Source: Myxococcota bacterium (lineage in GTDB: Bacteria; Myxococcota_A; UBA796; CAJQPC01). Taken from it: 64,000 bases of DNA. A program made the translations under genes and the position numbers. Below are positions 57,602-64,000 of this stretch, piece by piece. Below the pieces are notes generated by a model, which saw only the letters and a list, made by a program, of their open reading frames with translations, was not told the origin of the DNA and did no database searches. The DNA lies in assembly GCA_036012755.1 (NCBI GenBank), contig DASCPX010000179.1, positions 1 through 64,000 of the forward strand, written 5' to 3'. Each line of letters begins with the position of its first letter. Within the stretch, counting starts at the first letter, position 1.

Positions 57602-57663
57602 GCGTCACGGGTCGGCTTCGAAGAGGACCTCCGGACGGCCTCCTCGAAGCCGACTCGTCACGC
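57602..57663. terminator. Long hairpin (terminator or REP-like)
   Basis: CGGGTCGGCTTCGA ... TCGAAGCCGACTCG immediately after the stop at 57670; no U-tract. Confidence 0.5.
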
Positions 57664-57669
57664 TGGCTC

Positions 57670-59466
57670 TCAGGGGCAGGGCCAGTCGAAGGACCGACTG
57701 TTGTCCTCTGGGCTGCAGTCGCCATAGACCTCGGCCGGGTCGACGGTGACCTGGAGCTCGTCCCCCCAGTCGCGCTTGGACAGCCACATCTCGTCGGTCC
57801 ACACGGCCTCGCCTGCTCCGAGCTCGGGGATGATCACCACCGTGGACCCGATGGCGACCTCGACGTCCACGACGTCCAGCAGGCCGCGGTTCTCGATGGA
57901 GAAGGCCACCAGCACCTCAGAGGCCTGGGCGTCGAGATCACAGGCCTCCAGGCACCACTCGAGGCCCCCGACCCGGAGATCGGGGAGCCAGTGGGCGGGG
58001 CCGAGCTCTGTGCCGCCGGCGCGGAAGCTGTTGTGGAGGGTCCAGTTCTCGACAGGATCGACCGGGATCAGCCCGTCGTTGGTGACGTTCGTGATGTGGT
58101 ACGCGAACTGGTTCCAGACGGGCCGCGCGGGGGCCCAGCTACCGCCGATGTCGCCGATGACCGTGATGCCGTTCCAGCCGCTGAAGGCGTAGTTGTTGGA
58201 GGCGACGATGATCTCGGTGGAGTCGTCGTTGTCGACGTCGGCGATGAGGGGGTACTCGTACAGGGTGCCGCTGGCGTGGCCTTCCTGGGCCATCTCGATG
58301 GCGCCGGTCGCCCCGTCGAAGATCCAGAGGGTGTGCTCGTCGGCGTAGACGACCTCTGCGTTGCCGTCGCCTTCGAAGTCGAAGACGCTGGAGCCGGTCA
58401 CCGACGAGGAGTAGTCGCTCACCGGGTTGGACCACAAGACCTCGCCGTTGGTGTCGAAGACCGTGTAGTAGGCGAGGCCAGCGACGCCGACCTCGGGCAG
58501 CCCGTCCCCGTCGAAGTCCGCCACGGTCGGGGCCCCACCGGTGCCGCCGCCGGGGATGGCGGTGGACCAGCCCCAGACCCCGTCGAGGCGGGTGACCGTG
58601 ACCAGGCTGCCACCGGCCCGGACGTGCTCGGGCATGCCGTCGCCGTCGAAGTCGGCCACCGCGGGGATGCCGTCGGTCCCGGTGTCGCTCCAGAGGATCG
58701 AGCCGTCGAGCTCGTAGATGGTGTTGCCGGCGACGACCTCGAGCAGGCCATCGTCGTCCATGTCGACCGCGAAGCTCATGTTTCGGCCCACTCCCCCGGC
58801 CCCAACTGCGAGCACCGTGCCGTCGAAGCCGATGATCGTGCGCCCGAAGACGACCTCTGAGAGCCCGTCGCCGTCGAGGTCGGCCATCGCGGGGCAGCCG
58901 ACGGAGTAGAGCTCTGTGCCGGCGGCCCACTTGAAGACGGGCTGCCCGCCGATGATCTCGAAGCAGACGACGCCAGCAGAGGTGCCAGCGACGCAGAGCT
59001 CTGGGATGCCGTCGGCCTCCAGATCGCCGATGGCGACGCCGCTGGCGCTGTAGATCCCGTGCCCCTCCGCCCCGGAGGTGGCGAAGTGCATGGCTCCGCC
59101 GTCACCGCTGATGGCGTTGAGCACCCCGGCGCTGGTGTAGGCGCCGCCGGAGAAGGTGGTGAAGACCACGTCGGGGATGTCGTCCTGGTCGACATCACCG
59201 TCACCGTCATCGTCCGTGAGATTGCCGATGGCGGGGGTGGACATGATGTCGTCCCAGCCGGGGCTCAGCGTGTTGGTGGTCCACTGCCACTCGATGACCG
59301 GGTCGAAGCTGCCTACCCCTGGCTCGTTCATGCAGGTGTCGTCGATGTCGACGGAGTAGTCCCCACGCTCGAGCGGATCCTCGCAGATGGGCACGTCCTC
59401 GCCCGGGGAGACATCCGCGGCGCTGGAGAGCTCGTAGTCGGAGCAGGCGAGACAGAGAAGGAGCAT
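57670..59466 (-). CDS. FG-GAP/VCBS repeat lipoprotein with CARDB-like C-terminus
   Basis: MLLLCLAC; AD.DGDG.PE repeats, SSVFDFEGDG.AEVVYADE, WNQFAY.ITN. Confidence 0.88.
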   Translation of the reverse strand: MLLLCLACSDYELSSAADVSPGEDVPICEDPLERGDYSVDIDDTCMNEPGVGSFDPVIEWQWTTNTLSPGWDDIMSTPAIGNLTDDDGDGDVDQDDIPDVVFTTFSGGAYTSAGVLNAISGDGGAMHFATSGAEGHGIYSASGVAIGDLEADGIPELCVAGTSAGVVCFEIIGGQPVFKWAAGTELYSVGCPAMADLDGDGLSEVVFGRTIIGFDGTVLAVGAGGVGRNMSFAVDMDDDGLLEVVAGNTIYELDGSILWSDTGTDGIPAVADFDGDGMPEHVRAGGSLVTVTRLDGVWGWSTAIPGGGTGGAPTVADFDGDGLPEVGVAGLAYYTVFDTNGEVLWSNPVSDYSSSVTGSSVFDFEGDGNAEVVYADEHTLWIFDGATGAIEMAQEGHASGTLYEYPLIADVDNDDSTEIIVASNNYAFSGWNGITVIGDIGGSWAPARPVWNQFAYHITNVTNDGLIPVDPVENWTLHNSFRAGGTELGPAHWLPDLRVGGLEWCLEACDLDAQASEVLVAFSIENRGLLDVVDVEVAIGSTVVIIPELGAGEAVWTDEMWLSKRDWGDELQVTVDPAEVYGDCSPEDNSRSFDWPCP

Positions 59467-59578
59467 GCCGGGAGAAGATTGCAAAGCACGTGCCCGATTG
59501 CACGGGCTGTTTCGGCTCGAAACCGGGGCCGCCTTGTCCCAGGTGGGGTGTCCGGATCCCGGTGCTACCTTCACGCCC

Positions 59579-61210
59579 GTGCTCACTGTCCTCTTCGCCT
59601 GCACCGGCTCGGCCGTCGTCAGTACCTTCCTTGGCGAGGACTCCGAACCGCCCATCGTCGAGGACACGGCGCCTCCAGAACAGATCCCAGGCGCTGCCGC
59701 GAGCTCGCCCTGCTCCTCGCTCTACGACCCGGAGACGCTGGCCACCTTCGAGCTCGACATCGATCCGGAGATCTGGGAGGACATCGAGGACGACTACGCC
59801 AGCGGCCGCAAGGACTACCACCCGGCTGTCTTTCGCTACGGCGAGGACGTCATCGACGTGCAGGTCCGGCTCAAGGGCAACCCGAACTTCAGCTGGATCA
59901 GCGACAAGTTCCAGTTCGTGATCAGCTTCAACGAGGACGACCCGGAGGGCCGCTACGAGGGTGTTCGCAAGATCGCCCTGGACTCGAGCTGGTACGAGCC
60001 CACGCTGTTGCGCGACCGGCTGGCGTGGACGCTGTTGCGCGGGCTCGAGGACGTCCCCGCGGCCTGCGCGAACAACGCGAAGCTGGTGATCAACGGCGAG
60101 TACTACGGGCTCTACGCGAACATCGAGTACTTCGACCGCGAGTACCTCGAGCGCAACTTCGGCAAGTCCTACGCCGACGGCACCCTGTGGAAGTACGGCA
60201 TCGAGGCCAAGACCAACGAGGGTCAGTCGGACTCGACCATCGTGCGCCGCTTCGCCACCGCCTCCTCCGTCGAGGCGCTCGAGGACATCGGCGACGTCGC
60301 CCAGTGGCAGCGGGGCTGGGCGATCGAGGGAGTGCTCGGCAACGACGACGGCTACTGGTGCTGCCAGCACAACTTCTACCTCTACGAGCACCCGACCCGG
60401 GGGGTGCTCTTCGCGAACTGGGACCTCGACGACGCCTGGGACGTGACGCCCTACGATCTCGACCCCCGCGATGGCTACGGGCATGGCCTCTACAACGGCA
60501 ACGCCTGGCGACAGGTGATGAGCGACTCGGAGTCGGCGCCCCGCCACGTCGACGAGGTCGAGTACATCGCGGAGGCATACGACAGCGAGGAGCTCGTCGC
60601 CTTGGTCGAGGCATGGTCCGAGCAGAACCACGAGGCCTTCCGAGACGACCCCTCGCGCAGTGTCGGCTGGCAGGAGCACCTCGAGGCCGTCGAGCGATTC
60701 AAGGGCTACATCGTGCAACGCGACCACTACCTGGAGAGCTGGGTGCGCTGCGAGCGCGGCGAGGACGAGGACCTCGACGGCGACGGCTACGGGCCTTGCG
60801 AGGACAAGGACGACACCCGCGCCGACCTGAACCCCGGGGCCTCCGAGACCTGCAACGGCCTGGACGACGACGGCGACACGCTGATCGACGAGGGGGCCGG
60901 CTGCGACTCCTGCCTGCGCCGGGACTTCTTCACGCGGCAGCTGCTCTTCTGCGACGACGTCCGGGACTGGAACGCGGCGCTGGCCTACTGCGAAGGACAG
61001 GACGCGACCCTCTTTTCGCCCTCGACCACCGCGGACGTCTACCTGACCTACTTCTACACGTGGCCGAACTTCGACGACTGGTACGTCACCCAGGCTGGCG
61101 AGGACGGCCTCGGCACCTGCCCGGCGTGGAGCCCCAGCACCACGAACTGGGTGAACGACGACTGCGAAGAGGCCCACGCCTTCATCTGCAGCATCGACCA
61201 GGCGGGCTGA
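59579..61210 (+). CDS. CotH kinase family lipoprotein with MopE repeat and C-type-lectin-like tail
   Basis: VRLKGN, L.INGEYYGLY..IE, N.DGY...HNFYLY, WDLD; NPGASETCNGLDDD; W.NDDC...HAFIC. Confidence 0.85.
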   Translation: MLTVLFACTGSAVVSTFLGEDSEPPIVEDTAPPEQIPGAAASSPCSSLYDPETLATFELDIDPEIWEDIEDDYASGRKDYHPAVFRYGEDVIDVQVRLKGNPNFSWISDKFQFVISFNEDDPEGRYEGVRKIALDSSWYEPTLLRDRLAWTLLRGLEDVPAACANNAKLVINGEYYGLYANIEYFDREYLERNFGKSYADGTLWKYGIEAKTNEGQSDSTIVRRFATASSVEALEDIGDVAQWQRGWAIEGVLGNDDGYWCCQHNFYLYEHPTRGVLFANWDLDDAWDVTPYDLDPRDGYGHGLYNGNAWRQVMSDSESAPRHVDEVEYIAEAYDSEELVALVEAWSEQNHEAFRDDPSRSVGWQEHLEAVERFKGYIVQRDHYLESWVRCERGEDEDLDGDGYGPCEDKDDTRADLNPGASETCNGLDDDGDTLIDEGAGCDSCLRRDFFTRQLLFCDDVRDWNAALAYCEGQDATLFSPSTTADVYLTYFYTWPNFDDWYVTQAGEDGLGTCPAWSPSTTNWVNDDCEEAHAFICSIDQAG

Positions 61211-61419
61211 GACAGCGTGTCGGCGATGGCCGGCGACGTCGCGCTCGATTGACACCCTGTCCCGTTCCGGGGCCAGATCCGGCCCGGAGGGGCTGGCACG
61301 GGGCTTGCGAAGGAAGATGAGCAGTGGCGCGACCCGCCGCCCCCCGAAAAAGCGATACGCATGGGCAGCCCTCTCACGTCTCCGAAACCGGGATGGGCAA
61401 AACGGAATGGGGCGGCGGG

Positions 61420-61788
61420 TCAGCCCTCTATTCCAAGGCGCTCCCCGGTCGTGTAGAGCCAGGCGCCGCCTACCTTCTCGAAGCGTGAGCGCTCCCGGAA
61501 GCTGGCGTCCTTGCCGCCCTGCTCCAGCGTGGCCGTGAAGGTGACGGTGTCGCCGCGAGCCTCCTCGACCACCAGGCGCGAAAAGCGTGTGCTGCGCACG
61601 AAGGCCTCGACCTGCTCGCGCGGGGGCACCGGGGTCTGGGTGCGCAAGACGTGGTCGATGTGCCCCATGGCGTAGGCCGAGTACCGCGAGCGCATCAGCG
61701 CCTCGGGGGTCGGCGCCAGCGCGCCCTGGTGCCAGGGGCGGCAGCAGCGCTTGTAGGTCTTGCCGGAGCGACAGGGACAGCGAGCCAT
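61420..61788 (-). CDS. ychJ: YchJ/SEC-C motif protein
   Basis: CPC.SG..Y..CC.P.H.G..APT.EALMRSRYSAY; ERS.F....W.Y..G. Confidence 0.9.
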   Translation of the reverse strand: MARCPCRSGKTYKRCCRPWHQGALAPTPEALMRSRYSAYAMGHIDHVLRTQTPVPPREQVEAFVRSTRFSRLVVEEARGDTVTFTATLEQGGKDASFRERSRFEKVGGAWLYTTGERLGIEG

Positions 61789-61862
61789 GCGAGAGAGTAC
61801 TGAGTTTCGATGGGGGGCACCCCTTGGAAGTGCGACACCATCCTGCCATCTACCATCGCGCC

Positions 61863-62554
61863 ATGAAACGCAGGACCTTTCTCGCTGGTCTCGGTGCCGT
61901 GCCCCTCGCCTGGAGGAAGGCACCCCTGAAGGCATCGAAGGGGCCGGCGGTCTGCCCGATGCCAGCGGCGTGATCACCCTGGACGCGATGATCATGGACG
62001 GGGACACGCTCGACTGCGGCGGTGTCGGCAGCCTCCAGGACATCCCCCGGGCCATCTCGGTCGCGAGGGACGTGATGGAGAAGACCCGCCACGTGTTGCT
62101 CGTCGGCGAAGGCGCGCGCCAGTTCGCCATCCGCGAGGGCCACGAGGTGGAGGCGCTGCACTCGGAGAACTCCCGGCGCCGCTACCGCGCGTGGCTCGAG
62201 GAAAAAGGCAGCGAGCGGCCCTTCTGGGAGCTCCACGAGGCCGACCACGACACGGTCGGCATGGTGGGAGTGTCAGGCGGATCCTGTGCCGTCGGGCTGT
62301 CGACCTCCGGGCTGGCCTGGAAGCTGCCCGGTCGGGTGGGAGACTCCCCGCTGGTCGGCTCCGGGGGCTACGCCGACAGCGAGGTCGGGGCGGTCGCCGC
62401 CACCGGCATCGGCGAGCACATCATCCGCGTGGCGGGCTCACACAGCGTGGTCGAGGGCATGCGGCGGGGCCTCGAGCCCCGCGAGGGCTTCGTGATGGCG
62501 ATCCAGCGAGGCGACGAGGAGGCCGCGCTCTACGAGGTGCCCCCTACGCCATGA
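61863..62554 (+). pseudogene. Type 2 asparaginase/glycosylasparaginase, disrupted
   Basis: Tat signal MKRRTFL in one frame; GGLPD.SG..TLDA.IMDG, HDTVG, STSG...K.PGRVGDSP in another; N- and C-terminal segments missing. Confidence 0.8.
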
Positions 62555-62591
62555 GGGAGCGGGTGGGGCTCTGGCGCCTGGCCTGAAGGCC

Positions 62592-63317
62592 TCAGCGACC
62601 CATGGAAGCGAGCCCGATGAGGCTGGCTTCGAAGTCACCCGAGCTGCCGGACAGCTCTTGTAGGACCCCGGCAAAGTCCGGAAGAGGCGGCGGGCGATAG
62701 GCGCGGCGCGAGTGCTGGACAGACACCGGCGCCGCGGCCGGAGTGCCGCCCACCGGGGCCTCCTCGGACTCGGCGCAGAGACAGACGGCCTCCATCGGGG
62801 GGGCGAACTCGAGCCGCATCCTCGCCAGCGCACGGCTCACCCGCATGCGCGCGGTGCCCGAGCGGATGCCGAAGACCTCGCCCAGCTCCCCGTAGTCGAG
62901 GCCGTGGACGAAGCGTAGCTGGATCATCGCGCGAGGGACCTCGCCCAGTACATCCAGCGCGCGACGCACCGCGTCCCGGTTCTGCACCATCCAGCTGGGC
63001 AGAGGGCTGTCGTCGATAGGCCCCTCCAGGTCGACCTGGTCGTCGAGCTCGACCGGAGCGCGCTGCAGCCGGCGGAGGTGGTCCAGGCAGCGGTTTCGAG
63101 CGATGGCGAGGATCCAGGTCCTGGCGCTGGCCTCGCCCCGGAACTCGGGCAGCCCGGCGAAGGCCTTGATGAAGACGTCCTGGGCCAGGTCCTCGCCCTC
63201 CGAGCCCGCCATCGCGCAGCAGAGGCCGCGGACCTCGGGCGCGTGGTGACGGACGAGCCAGGTGCCAGCTGCCTTGCGGTCGCCTCGTTTCAAGTGGTCG
63301 CGGAATGCCTGGTCCAT
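62592..63317 (-). CDS. ECF sigma factor with C-terminal extension
   Basis: EDLAQDVFIKAF..L..FRGEAS.RTWI..IARNRC.D; L.Y.E......GT...RVSRA. Confidence 0.9.
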   Translation of the reverse strand: MDQAFRDHLKRGDRKAAGTWLVRHHAPEVRGLCCAMAGSEGEDLAQDVFIKAFAGLPEFRGEASARTWILAIARNRCLDHLRRLQRAPVELDDQVDLEGPIDDSPLPSWMVQNRDAVRRALDVLGEVPRAMIQLRFVHGLDYGELGEVFGIRSGTARMRVSRALARMRLEFAPPMEAVCLCAESEEAPVGGTPAAAPVSVQHSRRAYRPPPLPDFAGVLQELSGSSGDFEASLIGLASMGR

Positions 63318-63330
63318 GCCCACGAAGGTA

Positions 63331-63448
63331 GACGAGCGGGAGCCAGAAACGTCACATCGCTCCAGAAGAAACCTGGAAAACCGTTCAACTTCAAGAACTT
63401 GCACATCCACTTCTAGATGCATGTGACAGCACGATCCGAGGGCTCGTC
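63331..63448. promoter_or_regulatory. Divergent ECF-type promoters TGTGAC-N16/17-CGTC
   Basis: Minus strand GTGAC 63355-63351 and CGTC 63334-63331; plus strand GTGAC 63423-63427 and CGTC 63445-63448. Confidence 0.6.
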
Positions 63449-63477
63449 CAATCGGTGAACCCAACACGGAGTCCTCG

Positions 63478-64000
63478 ATGAAGTTCCAGATCAAGCACGA
63501 CCGCCTCGTCCTTCCCACCGGGCTGTCGATCACCTTCCAGCGCACCCTGCGCATCTCCGATGACGACAAGACCTGGCCGCTGCCCCCGGGCTTCGGCGCC
63601 TTCCCCCTCCGCCGGGTCGACGACTACGCCGACACGGTGCCCCAGAGCTGGCGAGAGCAGGGCGGCGTCTTCCTGCCGATGTACCAGCGCGAAGCGATGT
63701 GGATGAGCATCAGCTGCTGGCCGCCTCATGCCCTGAAGGTCGGCATCGGCAAGGTCTGCGCGCTCACTGGCGAGCAGTGGTCAGAGGACCTCCATCGCCA
63801 CCCCCAGGACTACCTCGTGTCCCCTCCCCAGCCCTGGCTCGACGGCATCTGCGTCGGCGACGGCCGCGTCCGCCAGTTCGTGGCCATGCCCCTGGGCAGC
63901 GGAACCACGGTCGAGGGCCAGGTCACCGGCGAGGAGACCGTCGGCGGGCTCCAGCTCCAGGTCGTCCCGCCCAAGCCCGGGGTCTTCGCGAGCCAGGTCT
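63478..64000 (+). CDS. Conserved hypothetical protein (3' end outside window)
   Basis: FQRTLRI.DD...PLPPG.G.FPL, GGVFLPMYQREAMW, QDY.V.P.QPWLDG, RQFVAMPLG.G.TVE.QVTG; a family recalled from actinobacteria and fungi. Confidence 0.85.
   Translation, partial: MKFQIKHDRLVLPTGLSITFQRTLRISDDDKTWPLPPGFGAFPLRRVDDYADTVPQSWREQGGVFLPMYQREAMWMSISCWPPHALKVGIGKVCALTGEQWSEDLHRHPQDYLVSPPQPWLDGICVGDGRVRQFVAMPLGSGTTVEGQVTGEETVGGLQLQVVPPKPGVFASQV

Overview
GC-rich bacterial chromosomal window; a Myxococcota-like origin is inferred from MopE-type repeats, Asp/Thr linkers and many Cys-anchored surface proteins. It holds about 55 genes: housekeeping genes (cysS 3' part, rph, rdgB, aceEF, sodB, ABC-F, tRNA-Pro) mixed with lipoproteins and surface proteins. 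Top candidate for an undescribed system (17.9-23.9 kb): an operon of a B12-binding radical SAM enzyme, a rubrerythrin-like protein that has lost most diiron ligands, and a GyrB ATPase/transducer domain fused to a class I SAM methyltransferase in place of Toprim, divergent from a stand-alone paralog of that methyltransferase. Other observations: (1) a 3.85-kb integrase-less island with 14-bp att-like direct repeats and CCGTGTACA end motifs at the 3' end of an MBOAT gene; (2) a Cyc2-like cytochrome-porin next to a cytochrome c; (3) a PhoR-PhoU fusion; (4) a korA/korB in-frame deletion chimera among many decayed genes; (5) widespread leaderless-type -10 boxes and very short lipoprotein signals; (6) a duplicated tRNA-linked palindromic repeat. 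All calls come from motif recognition by eye; no database searches were run.
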